DNA of 64,000 nucleotides. Source: Candidatus Bathyarchaeota archaeon (GTDB taxonomy: Archaea; Thermoproteota; Bathyarchaeia; Bathyarchaeales; Bathycorpusculaceae). The position numbers were made by a program, and so were the translations under genes. Where the stretch lies: NCBI GenBank assembly GCA_963770935.1, contig CAVYRJ010000008.1, positions 96,001-160,000 on the forward strand, read 5' to 3'. Positions 10,438 to 21,744 of the stretch are shown here, in pieces (positions within the stretch are counted from its first letter, which is position 1; every line of letters begins with the position of its first letter). The notes beneath the pieces are model-generated. The model was not told the DNA's origin. It made no database searches and saw only the letters and a program-made list of their open reading frames with translations.

Positions 10438-11744
10438 CTACTTAAAAGCTGAAAGGTACTCAAGCTTCATTCCCCGATGCGCCAGATCTGGAAGATCTTC
10501 TACGCTGCCTATGCTTGCGTCGATGTTGCGGTGGATCGGATGACTCCATATGCCTTCAGGTGCAAGGTTAAACTGCAAAGGAAAATCCACTTTGATATTG
10601 TATTTTTCGCTTAAATTCTTAATTAATCTTCCCTCCCGGCAAGCTACACGACCAGAACGATAACTCTGAAGCAATTGCGGAGCAGCAAAAGCACCGACTC
10701 CATGCCAAACCGCCGCGTCCTCGGGGGAACCAATCGAGTATAGAAAGAACTGGGGCGAAGACGGGGTTTCAGCAAAACTGTAATCAGCAAGTTTTTCGCC
10801 GGGAACTGTAAAGCTGTCATCACATACGGCAACGGCTATGTCTTCAGGGTCCATGGCGTTAGGATAAAGTTTGGTGGTTTTGTATTTGATGGTGGCGTCA
10901 AGTAACTTGCCGTTTTCAAAGTGCAATTTGCCTCGAGCTGCACGTTTGGACCCAAAACCTTTTGTGGAGTGTGGTACCGTTAAAAGGGTTGTGCGGTTTT
11001 TCATACTGCGCCCCATACAGGTGTACGCTTCCTCGATTGACGAGTAATCTCGGTTGCTCTCTTTGATTATATAATGAAGTAAACCGTCTTTGTCCTCCTG
11101 TCTGCAGAGTTGAAAGTGGCATACGCAAAGTGTAAAGTGAGAGGTCCATGCCAAAGAACTCGGACAACTCCTTTAACTGCATATACTTGATTGAATCCAC
11201 CAAATCAAGGTATGAATTATTGCTGGCTTGCAGGCTTTCGGTGATGAGATTTGCTTCTTTTTGGGAGATTAATGTACCGTCGTATTTTTTTAGGTATGCT
11301 TGGTCGATTTTCAATTGGTCTGTTTTGACGTTGGCTGCTGGAAAAGCGCTCTGTCCGCTATCCACGATTGATTGTTTGAGTGGATTCATCGAGTAGCGGT
11401 CTGCCTCAACATCATCTGTGTTTAGGAGGAAGGGCACGATGAAACCTCGTGTGGGTTTCTTGAGCAACTCTGCAAGCGCAACTAAGTCGCCGTCGGTAGG
11501 CTGATGCATACCGCGCTCGTAGAAATAGTTGGCGCAGGTTTCAAGCAGCCGCGTCCCAATGATGCCTTGAACTTCTTCAATCGTCAACTGTGGATTGGTA
11601 TATTCGACTGAACCGCGCAGAAAAAACCGATCATCAGTAAAGGGAACGGAAACTTTTTTTCCCGTCAACGTAGTGGAATAATGTGACCTTTCGATTAGTT
11701 TTCTTACCCTTAGCGGTCAGGGCGCCTTCAACAAGTACCTTCAC
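10438..11744 (-). CDS. Hypothetical protein of ~435 aa, split by two frameshifts (~11660 and ~11100)
   Basis: GTG start at 11744 (MKVLVEGALTAKGKK...) joins ORF 10916..11668 across an A-run, then ORF 10438..11154; no family recognised. Confidence 0.6.
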
Positions 11745-11804
11745 GGTTGAAAAAGAAGTCTTCAAAAAATCCTCAAGCAAAAACCTGCAATAATCTTCCA
11801 TAAA

Positions 11805-12654
11805 TTATCCTCTTTCTAGAGATTCAGCCAAGTATATACAATTTTTCGCGACTTTTGGCCCAAAGAACATCTGTACCACATCAAAATCCTGCTTAAAACC
11901 CAAAGAAAAAAGCATGTTTACAAGCAATGTCTCTTTTTTTGGGAGCGCTAAATAAACGGTTTTTCCAGCTAGTTTTTCAAGGGCAGCTTTAAGAAGTGCA
12001 ACAGCAGCGTCACGATTGCCTCTTTGGCACATCAAGGGTCCAACCCAAGCCATGCGTTCGTAAACCGTAGCCGCCACATATCCCACAACCTCGTTATCCT
12101 TAGACACGCAATAGCTTATGTTGCCCTCGTCTAGAATGATGGATTCAAGCAGTCTTTTTCTGTCTCCTCCAAAACATTCCTTATCAAACTTGGTCACGGC
12201 TTGGATGTTGTGTTTTCCTATCTGGGATAACTCTTCTTTAGTTAGTGTTTTCTTGGATTTGTGCTTGTAAAACTGCAAAATCCTCATCTGCTTTGAAGCC
12301 TTGGTTACTGTAGAATTTTGTAAGATTTGGGTAAGCATATAACCCAATCGTTTCTACGCCTTTGCCGAGTAAATATTCAACTGCATGTTTCACAAGAAAG
12401 CTTCCAGCACCCTTATGGCGGTATTCTTCCTTAACGATAAGGTTGCCAAACCAGCCTACTTTTCCATAACTGATGCATGTTGCAATACCCACAGGTTTTG
12501 AACCTTCAAAAAGCACCAAACAGCCTTCTGGTTCAAGTTGAGTCATGAATTCGAAGTCTTCTGTTGCCATGTTCCAGTCCATTGTGTTGGCTAATTCCAC
12601 GGCAAACACGAAGTCTTCAGGGCGCATTGGCTTAACTTGGAGCATACGTCTCAA
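11805..12654 (-). CDS. Tandem GNAT acetyltransferase (YitH-like), frameshift at ~12270
   Basis: V..EYRHKGAGS.L acetyl-CoA motif, GLYA, FY...GF; second GNAT half (FD..CFGGDR..LL, VGPL) ending LAESLERG. Confidence 0.8.
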
Positions 12655-12789
12655 ATTGTAGATTGGTCTAACAATTAAGTTTGTTTATTCGAAGAAAAAT
12701 AAATAACCTTAAAATCTGCTATTAAAAACCTACTCTATCTTTCCAACCGTCATAAGACAGCCTAAAAACATAACTGCCGACATCCCTTG

Positions 12790-13934
12790 CTATGTTACTG
12801 TTTGGTTCCAGTAAAAAACTTGGTTGTATTTGTCCAGCATGGATGCGGTTACGTGGGGTTCGTCGTAGAGAATATCTAAGGTTGAACCGTACTTTTCGGT
12901 GAGTGTTTTTACGTCATTGTAGATTTTTGCTGATAATGTGTCAGGCGGAAACAATCCCCAGATGCGATCATTCAGCATTGCGAAAACCAAACCCATAATC
13001 CTTGGGCACAACATACGCAACTTGAGGTTTGTTTGAACCAAAACTCTCAGGGTCACTGTGCAAGGTATTCCAGAATTTCTGCAGTGCTGCAAAATGCTCG
13101 TCAGCTAAGGTACCGTAAGCTGTTGTGTTGGGGTAGCTAAAAACGAACGCGTATTTGGCGCCTGCACTATAAGCCAATGACAAGTCTGTGTATAATTCGT
13201 CTCCAGATGCAAGGTAAGGGTCCTGGTTGTATTTCCAATTAATTATGACTCCCCAATCCTTGCCAAAAGCTTCCGCGGCACCTCTATTTAGAGCAATGAT
13301 GCGTTGTCTGCTTTCGTTTCCGACGAATTCGGCGAAAACCGCAGTATAGTTTGCCTTGTAATCAAACCAGTTGAGTGCGAAATCTGCCGTGAATATGTTA
13401 GGGTTGTATGGGTGATAATAATTTATCATGCCTGATAAGTTGCCTACATAAGCTTGAGCTGTTTGCGTGTAGCTTGCTGTGTCGTTGATGATTTGGGAGG
13501 GACCATTTTCCAGTTGATTTCCGCCCGGTTCATCAATCTTGTAGATGCCTAAGAATTTTTCGCCGTACTTGGTTTGGGCATCAACCATCCAATTTGTAAT
13601 GTTGTAGCCGTTGGAATAATTGTAATAGTTGATGCCTGTAAATAGAACTATAAAGTTTAATCCCGAATTGAAAATGTAGTCACATGACTCATCTAAAGCT
13701 GTTCTATTAAATGTCACACCAATTGAACCTATCACGAATAGGTTTGTGTAATCTTTAACTTTATCAACCAAAGCCTTAACTTCACTTGCTTTGTCTGCCG
13801 TAAGCGAATTCAACGCCGACATAAAATTCTCGCGGCTGCGGCTTATTGCTGAGCAAATTTGTTGCTATAAAAAATGATAGCACTATCAATGCAATGAGCA
13901 CTGTCGAGGTTACGATTACGAGTTTGCGGTTCAA
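12790..13934 (-). CDS. Secreted/membrane-anchored hypothetical protein (possibly glycoside hydrolase-like), two frameshifts
   Basis: TTG start at 13934 with an N-terminal TM helix (MNRKLVIVTSTVLIALIVLSFF), continuing into ORF 12968..13822 (FLGIY..DEPGG) and the tail of ORF 12790..13092 (DRIWGLF). Confidence 0.6.
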
Positions 13935-14034
13935 ATATGCTCAACCAATTGTAGAACAATCATATGAAGAAAAGTATTTAAAATTTGAAAGTTACCCCAA
14001 ACAAAAGAAAGAAAAACTCCATGGTAACGAGTTT

Positions 14035-14475
14035 TTACCTGTGGTAGAGACCAATCAATTCTCCCTTTCCAAGAATATGCCCTTGCATAGCTTTTTCTAG
14101 GTCTTTTTTAGTGAACTTGGCGCCCAAACTTAATTCGGTATCCAACGCATAAACCTTAAAAAAATACCTATGTGTACCAGACGGCGGACAAGGCCCCATA
14201 AACCCCTTTTGCCGTGCACTATTCAACCCCTCAATCCCCGGAACCGAAGCTTCAGCTATTTTAGTTGTTGAAGCTGAAATGTTCCAGACAACCCAGTGAT
14301 CAAATGTTCCGCTTGCCGCGTCAGGGTCATCTACAACCAGCGCGAGGCTCTTTGATTCTTTTGGGACGCCTTCGATTGTTATAGGCGGATTGGTGTCTTC
14401 GCCGTCACAGCTATATTTTCTGGGGATTGGGCCGTTGTGTGAAAATGATGGGCTTTTAATTGTAAGTTCTTTCAT
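14035..14475 (-). CDS. YbhB/YbcL family PEBP (Raf kinase inhibitor-like) protein
   Basis: DPDA, F.HWVVWNI, GPCPPSGTHRYFFKVYALD. Confidence 0.93.
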   Translation of the reverse strand: MKELTIKSPSFSHNGPIPRKYSCDGEDTNPPITIEGVPKESKSLALVVDDPDAASGTFDHWVVWNISASTTKIAEASVPGIEGLNSARQKGFMGPCPPSGTHRYFFKVYALDTELSLGAKFTKKDLEKAMQGHILGKGELIGLYHR

Positions 14476-14544
14476 TAAGATCCTCAAAAAAACAATTGTT
14501 TGCCAGTTAAATAAAGTTGGCTAAAAAAGTTTTTGCCAAGGGAT

Positions 14545-14739
14545 TTAGGATTCTTCTTCTGTCCACTTCTCCACAGTCAACGTGCCGTCTTTAGCGCTAA
14601 AATGAACTTTAACAGGCATTGAACCATCGCATTTAAGCGGAAACATACTGTCATCAACAACGCGGACAGGTAAGTAAAGGAGGTATCTGTTGTCTTTTCG
14701 CCTAAAGATTGTGCCTTTTCCTTCATTACCCATAACCAA
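14545..14739 (-). CDS. Small hypothetical protein (possible AbrB-like swapped-hairpin fold)
   Basis: 64-aa ORF with a YLLYLP...FP...V.V...GTLTVEK pattern. Confidence 0.55.
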   Translation of the reverse strand: MVMGNEGKGTIFRRKDNRYLLYLPVRVVDDSMFPLKCDGSMPVKVHFSAKDGTLTVEKWTEEES

Positions 14740-14824
14740 TCACAAACAAGTTAACGATAGCTCGCTGATTGCTTTTAAATTTGACTGTTGAATTAGCAAA
14801 AAATGGTAAATGCTGGGTTGCACT

Positions 14825-16537
14825 CTACACTTCCGCTTTTCTTATCAACTCAGCTGCACTGTTGAGGTTTACCTTGTAGAAGATAAATGCAATGACTGAA
14901 GCAATTATGCCGCTGATAACGATTGCAATGGCAAGGGTAACTGGGTCTACTGGTGCTGCACCGCCACCCATGAAGCCGGCAGCAAACTTGCCAATAGCAA
15001 ACGGTATCAAGGGTGCCAGCACCGCCAAACCTGCTAAAGCACATACGACAATGCTGATGAGTGCCCATTCTTGACGTATCATCCTTGTTCTTCGAGCTAC
15101 TGAAAAATCGGCCCCTCTAAACCCGATGGAAAGTGAAATTGCTCCAACCGCTAAAATAACAAAGAACCCTGTAATGAAAGCCGTAGCCGTCATCTTCAAC
15201 GAGGTCTGATAGAACAAGGCTCCAACTATGCCCGTGAGTAGAAGAACAACGGTTGATAGAACATACAACAAGAACAATTTACTCTTGACAAGATTTTTAG
15301 GCGAAATCGGTGAAGCATAGATTCGCCATACTGATTGTCCTTCTTCACCTATCAGCATGTTACCTACGGATGAGGCCATAACTCCAGCGGGCAAAAAGAA
15401 AGTCATTGCAACAAAAAACAAGTCTACTTCTGCGGGTGCATTTCCAGCACCTGTTATGTTGATAGAATTCATAATGGGCAGGATGACAAAGACAATTGGA
15501 ACAATGAAGATACCTATTAATTCTCGGCGTCGAGTGAAAGCTCGGACGTCTTTGCGGATTAAGGCAGCTTCAACGGTCGAGAAGCCAAACTTGCCTAAGA
15601 ACCCAGTTTTTGGCGCATAAATAGTTCCGGTTTTCTGAACTTTGATTGCGGGGGGTTCATAGAGCCCGAACCGCTGGTTCAGCAGGACTGCAAGGAAATA
15701 CAAAACCGCCATGAATAGGGCTGTTAAAGCTACCACTAGGATGCCTTCCAAAAGAACTGTATTTAGCAAGTAATAGAGGGCTAAGCCAGGCCATATGTAG
15801 GGTATGAACCAAGCTGTATTCTGAAGGGCTGTAAGTCCTTGGATAAAGTTAGTGAAGCCTTGGGTTATTGAGAAATAAATGACGTAGAATACGAGGAAGA
15901 ATGCAAGCGAGCCTACGAATCTCACCCAAACGGCTGCTCTGCCGCTTGATTTGTAAACTGCCCCTACGAAACGTGTCTGTACAACTCTGATAATTTCGGT
16001 CGTGACGCTCCCCAAAAAAGCTGCTGCAAACAATGCCAATGTCGTCAACAACGCCTGCACGATTAAACCGTTGAATGCTCCAAAGACAATCAAGCCTGAA
16101 GAAAAGCCAATAACCGTCGCCAACGGGAACCCAAACAGGTTCGCAAGGACTGATGCCAACGTATTTTCTTGCCATGTAACGGGAAGCCAATACATGACTT
16201 GGGTGGTTTTTTTAATCCCCGCGAGCTGGATTTGCTGAAGCATTGTAAATACTATGGCTAAAATCAAGACGAGGGTTGGCATGGCAACAAAAAAACTGGT
16301 TGCGGCAACCTCAATTGACGGCACAGTTACATCTTGCACACCATTTAGTCCACCATAAAAAGCCGAAACGCCCAAATTAGTCAGGAAACCACCTACTACT
16401 CCTATGATAGCTGCAACCCAGTAAGGCCAGTACGCAAGAATACCGCTTTCACGGTATCTTGTGGTTTTAACTCCTCGAAGTAGCCTGCCAGATTTGCGTT
16501 CCACTCGTAGCAGGAAGAGGACGTTTTTCCAATTCAT
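14825..16537 (-). CDS. ABC-2 type exporter permease (multi-TM)
   Basis: Many TM helices; KD.RAF.R and GEEG...W....SP motifs; overlaps the ABC ATPase stop. Confidence 0.85.
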   Translation of the reverse strand: MNWKNVLFLLRVERKSGRLLRGVKTTRYRESGILAYWPYWVAAIIGVVGGFLTNLGVSAFYGGLNGVQDVTVPSIEVAATSFFVAMPTLVLILAIVFTMLQQIQLAGIKKTTQVMYWLPVTWQENTLASVLANLFGFPLATVIGFSSGLIVFGAFNGLIVQALLTTLALFAAAFLGSVTTEIIRVVQTRFVGAVYKSSGRAAVWVRFVGSLAFFLVFYVIYFSITQGFTNFIQGLTALQNTAWFIPYIWPGLALYYLLNTVLLEGILVVALTALFMAVLYFLAVLLNQRFGLYEPPAIKVQKTGTIYAPKTGFLGKFGFSTVEAALIRKDVRAFTRRRELIGIFIVPIVFVILPIMNSINITGAGNAPAEVDLFFVAMTFFLPAGVMASSVGNMLIGEEGQSVWRIYASPISPKNLVKSKLFLLYVLSTVVLLLTGIVGALFYQTSLKMTATAFITGFFVILAVGAISLSIGFRGADFSVARRTRMIRQEWALISIVVCALAGLAVLAPLIPFAIGKFAAGFMGGGAAPVDPVTLAIAIVISGIIASVIAFIFYKVNLNSAAELIRKAEV

Positions 16538-17307
16538 CGTAACAGTTCCTCAACGACCGGTCTTAAATCGCCTGTTCCAGTCAGCTTTAAGAAGATATCT
16601 TCCAACCCAGAGCTGGGCAATCTTGCTTCCTCTCTTAGTTGGTTCATGTTACCTAACGATAGGATGTTACCTTGATACATAATGCCGATTCGATCACATA
16701 GCGCTTCCGCGATTTCCAAAACGTGCGTGGACAAGATTGTGGTAACGCCTTGCAGTTTGAGTTCATGCAGAAAATCCTTCACAATCCGTGCGCTTCGGGG
16801 ATCTAAAGCGTTAAGCGGCTCATCTAATATTAGCAGTTTGGGTTTGTTGAGAAAAGCTGAGATGAGGCTGATTTTCTTCTTCATGCCATCCGAGTAACTG
16901 TTTATCATGTCGCCTTCACGTCCATCAAGCTGAAGGGCCTTGAGGTACTCGGTTATGCGTTGCTGTTTCTCAGAGGTTGGCACTCCATAAATGTCACCGA
17001 TGAAGTCAAGATATTCAATACCAGTTAAGAACTCGTAAACATCAGGCGACTCAGGAACATAACCCACTTGCCGCTTAACCGCAACAGGATCTTTCTTTAC
17101 ATCCAACCCTAAAACACTAATCTCGCCTGCGGTAGGCTGAACCAACCCCAACAGCATCTTTAGCGTGGTGGATTTTCCAGACCCGTTAGGTCCCAAAAGC
17201 GCAAAGATTTCGCCGCTGTAAATGCTTAGGTTGATGTTGTTTACTGCTACGATTTCGTTGTAGCGTTTGGTTACGCCTTTAAGTTCAACTGCGTATGAAC
17301 TGCTCAT
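16534..17307 (-). CDS. ABC transporter ATP-binding protein
   Basis: GPNGSGKST, YSDGMKKK signature, LILDEP, STH. Confidence 0.95.
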   Translation of the reverse strand: MSSSYAVELKGVTKRYNEIVAVNNINLSIYSGEIFALLGPNGSGKSTTLKMLLGLVQPTAGEISVLGLDVKKDPVAVKRQVGYVPESPDVYEFLTGIEYLDFIGDIYGVPTSEKQQRITEYLKALQLDGREGDMINSYSDGMKKKISLISAFLNKPKLLILDEPLNALDPRSARIVKDFLHELKLQGVTTILSTHVLEIAEALCDRIGIMYQGNILSLGNMNQLREEARLPSSGLEDIFLKLTGTGDLRPVVEELLR

Positions 17308-17437
17308 GCTACCCTATGCCTCGACTGCAAATAGAAAAGCTTCGCTATTTAAGGCTAATGCGTCTCCCATACTTGGTAATATGGAAACACCGTCAGTTAA
17401 GAAACAAGCGTTGGTTGCAGCTGCTATTTAGAGTACT

Positions 17438-18157
17438 TTAAACCGCCTTCTGAGTCTTACTAGTTGGTTTGCCGCACTTTTTACAGAATAACGCCTGCTC
17501 CTTATTCTTTGCTCCGCAAGAAAAGCAACTAATCTCTATAAAGGGTGGGTCGATTGAAATTTCCGTTTGAATCTGATTTCCGCAACTCTGGCAAAATAGG
17601 GCGTCAAGGTCATTTTCATAACTGCAGTATCTACATCTTAATGTCGTAGAGTTTACTTTATGAATAGCATTCAATTTCAAATTACCAAAAATTGAAAGTT
17701 TATTCTCTAGCATCGCTATTGTGGGCAATAAATCAGTCAGTTGCCTAAACTGCTCTTCATTTGGTGAAAACTTTGATACACATTCCTTGCTTAATATGGT
17801 GAACTTGGGCTTCTTTCCTGAAATCAACTTAACCTTTTCTATCTCGTCATAACTGTAGTAACAGCTTCTCTTGCTGAGATTCATTTTCTCGTCTAACGTC
17901 AACTGGTTGATTTGTTCTTCTATCTGCTTGTCTCTTTTCCTATCTGTATTCACGGGTACTGCAGGGGTAAGTCCAAAAAACAAAGAACGGCTCTCTATAG
18001 ACTTAATATTGTCACGATCTGCTTTTCCCATGCAGACGATAGCGATTCGTTTGTCAGTGAAATAAACGTCGTACCGCGTTGCAATATCGAGAGGTAAAAT
18101 AAGATCCACTATTATTACAAGTTGACGTTCTGAATCTGACATGCACTTGGACCTCAA
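17438..18157 (-). CDS. Double zinc-ribbon domain protein with PH-like N-terminal region
   Basis: CRYC..FCQSCG and CFSCG..FCKKCG ribbons; YFTDKRIAIV is typical of bacterial-type PH domains. Confidence 0.75.
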   Translation of the reverse strand: MRSKCMSDSERQLVIIVDLILPLDIATRYDVYFTDKRIAIVCMGKADRDNIKSIESRSLFFGLTPAVPVNTDRKRDKQIEEQINQLTLDEKMNLSKRSCYYSYDEIEKVKLISGKKPKFTILSKECVSKFSPNEEQFRQLTDLLPTIAMLENKLSIFGNLKLNAIHKVNSTTLRCRYCSYENDLDALFCQSCGNQIQTEISIDPPFIEISCFSCGAKNKEQALFCKKCGKPTSKTQKAV

Positions 18158-18556
18158 TGGAGGTTGTATTCATTTTCACCTAATAAATCTAAGAAGCCGT
18201 GTATCAGCTGTTTTTTCAGTAATATTTGAAGTGAACCAAAATTAGGCGGTTCTTGGATGATTTGCAGGTTTTAAGATGTTTTCTATAAAAATACATCTAT
18301 ACAATAAAATGAATTAAGAATAATTTATTGTTTGCGAGGGTATCACGAGATAACTCTTTTTTTTATTTCCTCATAAGTTGCCTGCAATATTCGCCAATAG
18401 GAAATGACATGTGCATAAAACGCATAAATTAGACATTAACTATCCCTTAGCGGCTGCTGTTTTTTTCTCGATCGGCTACAGCCGATTCTATTTTTGTTTG
18501 ATAACGCAAATATCCTTAAATCTGCCTAAAGTTTCATTGCTAAAAAGAGAAACAAA

Positions 18557-19548
18557 ATGCCCTACGCCATAGAAACTCACAAGTTAACAAAAACTGTACA
18601 ATTCCCTAAAAGCAGTTGACACCTTAGACATCGCAGTGGAGTCAGGAGAGATTTTTGGGCTGCTGGGACCCAACGGCGCAGGCAAAACAACCGCTATATC
18701 CATGCTTTGCACGATTCTAAAACCAACCTCCGGCACGGCAACAGTGAATGGGTTCGACATCGTTCGGGAAGCAAACAAAGTTCGAAAATCAATAGGCATC
18801 GTTTTCCAGGAACCCAGCGTTGACGATCGTTTAACAGCCAGGGAAAACCTCTATATGCACGCTAACCTCTACGGCGTTTCAGCGTCAGAACAGAAAGAAC
18901 GCATAACCCGCATCCTAAAACTCAGTTGAACTCGAGGACAGGGCAGATGATTTGCTTCGCACCTATTCAGGTGGCATGCGGCGCAGGCTTGAGCTTGGAC
19001 GAGGTTTAATCCACTATCCAAAAGTTCTGTTTTTAGACGAGCCAACCGTAGGGTTAGACCCGCAAACCCGAGACCACATCTGGAAATATATAAAAGAGCT
19101 CAAAGAATCCCATGACATCACCGTGGTATTAACAACCCATTATATGGATGAAGCTGATAGACTCTCGGATCGTATTGCAATTATGGATCACGGCAAAATC
19201 GTTGTTTTGGATTCGCCGCAGAACCTCAAGGAAACGCTTGAAGGGGACGTTATAACGGTTAGAGCAAACAATATTGAAGCATTAGCTGAATTGGTTAGTA
19301 AATGGTTGGGGTTCAACAAAGCTCGCATAGTTGACGGTGCCTTAGAGATTACTGTGCGTGGCGGCAAAGCTGCAATGCCCCGCATCATGGAGATGGCTAG
19401 CCAAAACAACATCTACGTGGAATCTCTGGTTTCGCGAGAACCGAACCTTGAAGACGTATTCCTACACTACACAGGCAGAACCATACGTCAAGATACAACC
19501 CGAGAACTACACGGCATGGCAGCAATACAAAGGAGAGCCATAAAATGA
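18557..19548 (+). CDS. DrrA-type ABC exporter ATP-binding protein, frameshifts at ~18597 and ~18926
   Basis: MPYAIETHKLTK start; GPNGAGKTT; YSGGMRRRLE; LFLDEPT.GLDP; TTHYMDEA; C-terminal PNLEDVFLHYTG. Confidence 0.9.
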
Positions 19549-20306
19549 GCGAGCTACGCGGGCTCTACACGCTTTGGCTACGCGAAATCAAACGTTTTAT
19601 CCGCGACAGAGCAAGAGTAATCATAAGTTTTGTTCAACCACTGCTGTGGTTGGTGGTTTTCGCAGGGGGTTTTGGCGCACGCCTGCTCATTCCCGGAATA
19701 GATTATCAGCAATACCTTTTTCCAGGTATTATTGGGCAGACATTGCTGTTCACTGCGATGTTTATGGGTATTAGCGTAATTTGGGACAAAGAATTCGGAT
19801 TCATGAAAGAAATCCTGGTCTCACCAGTTTCGCGGTTCACTATTTTCTTGGGCAAAATGTTAGGTGACAGCACAGCAGCGTTACTTCAAGGCGTAATTGT
19901 TTTTGCTTTTGGGTTCATCTTAGGTATTCCTTTTGACCCCTTAACCATGTTTGCCGTACTACCAGTTATGCTGCTTATCACGTTTGGCTTAGTGAGCGTG
20001 GGCTTAACAATCGCCAGCTTCATAGGCAGCTTAGAAAACTTTGGTGCAATTCAAACGTTCATCAATTTGCCCCTGTTCTTTTTAAGCGGCGCATTATTCC
20101 CCATATCTGGTTCGGGTACTCCTGAGTGGCTACGTATTGCGTCAACATTTGACCCACTTACTTATGGAGTTGACGCTTTGCGGACGGTGATTTTGGGTTC
20201 CGCTTGGACGCCTCTTCATCCGCTCTATATCAATTTGGGCGTCGTCTGCGTTTTTGATGTGGTTATGATTGGGGTTGGCACGTGGGCGTTTAGTAGAATG
20301 AAGTAG
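19545..20306 (+). CDS. DrrB-type ABC-2 exporter permease
   Basis: Six TM helices; DKEFGFMKEILVSPVSR; FLSGALFP; PLTYGVD. Confidence 0.92.
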   Translation: MSELRGLYTLWLREIKRFIRDRARVIISFVQPLLWLVVFAGGFGARLLIPGIDYQQYLFPGIIGQTLLFTAMFMGISVIWDKEFGFMKEILVSPVSRFTIFLGKMLGDSTAALLQGVIVFAFGFILGIPFDPLTMFAVLPVMLLITFGLVSVGLTIASFIGSLENFGAIQTFINLPLFFLSGALFPISGSGTPEWLRIASTFDPLTYGVDALRTVILGSAWTPLHPLYINLGVVCVFDVVMIGVGTWAFSRMK

Positions 20307-20340
20307 CCTAAAATTGTTTATTTATGATAAGAGAAAATTA

Positions 20341-20625
20341 TTATTTGTTGGTCATTTCGTTGATTTGTTGCTCCATTGCGTGTCCACGGCAGAAAACAAC
20401 AGCTTTTATTACGCCTGGAACTGCTTTCGCCGCGTCGCGAATGTCTGCTGAAAGCTTGAAAGCAATGGGGCAAAATGGACTTGTCGGAACGAACTCGATA
20501 GTGACTGTGCCTGGCTCAGTTTCCTTTACGCTCTGAATCATCTGCATTTCCTCAAAAGATTGTCCCGTTTCGGGGTCTTGAACTTTGCCAACCTCTATGC
20601 GGACTTTATCTTCTAGTTCAGTCAT
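20341..20625 (-). CDS. DUF59/SufT-like Fe-S cluster assembly protein
   Basis: V.DPETG and PTSPFCP motifs; start taken at MTELEDK. Confidence 0.85.
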   Translation of the reverse strand: MTELEDKVRIEVGKVQDPETGQSFEEMQMIQSVKETEPGTVTIEFVPTSPFCPIAFKLSADIRDAAKAVPGVIKAVVFCRGHAMEQQINEMTNK

Positions 20626-20715
20626 TTTTAAAACCTCTATACGTGAAAGAATAAGAAGCGGAAAAGAAATATAAACCGATTGATAGAGCCAAATTCCACA
20701 GAAGGTCCCCATTGG

Positions 20716-21132
20716 ATGTTTGATGAATCCTGCATATTCTGCAAAATCGTCTACAAACAAGCCCCCTCAAGCATCATCTACGAAGATGAAGCAGTCATGG
20801 TTTTCCTTGACATAAGACCATTAAACATGGGGCATACGCTTGTAATTCCCAAAGATCACTACGTTGACATCTTCGACATACCCCAGACTCTGCTTAGCCA
20901 AGTCCACAAAATCGCCCAACAAGTTTCGTCACCAATAAAAAAAGCCACAGCCGCCGACGGAATCAGCATCATCCAACAGAACGGCAAAGCTGCAGGACAA
21001 GATATATTCCACATACACGTGCATGTTGTTCCAAGGTTTGAAGGGCAAAAACTGCCGCCTTTTCACGAACTTAAAGAAGTTGAAAGAGCAAAACTCGATG
21101 AGATGGCAAAGAAAATAAAGCTACTTCTCTAA
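20716..21132 (+). CDS. HIT family nucleotide hydrolase
   Basis: CIFCKI, FLDIRP...GHTLVIPK.H, AGQ..FHIHVHVVPR. Confidence 0.93.
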   Translation: MFDESCIFCKIVYKQAPSSIIYEDEAVMVFLDIRPLNMGHTLVIPKDHYVDIFDIPQTLLSQVHKIAQQVSSPIKKATAADGISIIQQNGKAAGQDIFHIHVHVVPRFEGQKLPPFHELKEVERAKLDEMAKKIKLLL

Positions 21133-21187
21133 AAATGAAATGAGTTTTTAAAAAATGGGGAGTTCCTGTTTACTGTTACAGGCTGCT

Positions 21188-21626
21188 TTACATTTGACCT
21201 ACTATTGCCACCTTAGGCATCAACACTTTATCGATTACGTGGCAAACACCGTTGTCTACAACTAAGTCTGTTTTAATGATGTTTGCACCGTTAACCTTCA
21301 TGTTCCTATGCAGATGCAAACTTTTCGCATCAATCCTAAGTTCTCCTCCCGAAACTGCCTGCAAATACTCATGCTGAACCAAATCTGCAGCCATAAACTT
21401 TCCCTCCACCACATGGAATGTTAAAACATCCTTGAGCTTAGCTGTGTTTTTTTAAGAGCATTTTGAAGTCATTTTTGGGAATTTGAGCGAATGCATCATC
21501 GGTTGGTGCAAAAACCGTGAATGGACCTGGACCTTTGAGGGTGTCAACTAATTCTGTTGCAATTACAGCTTTCACAAGGGTGTTAAACATACCTGATGAC
21601 ATTGCAGTGTCTACAATATCTGGCAA
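21188..21626 (-). CDS. Fasciclin (FAS1) domain protein, frameshift at ~21440
   Basis: [19 protein letters not shown] (H1) and [13 protein letters not shown] (H2) motifs. Confidence 0.88.
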
Positions 21627-21744
21627 AAATTTCACCTCCACTACAGTTAAACTCTAAAATCACTAAGGATACAATGGACAAAACATACTATGAACCTTGC
21701 TAATCTAATAATGATTGGTTGTAGCGCAAAAGTCCCTTTTCAAC

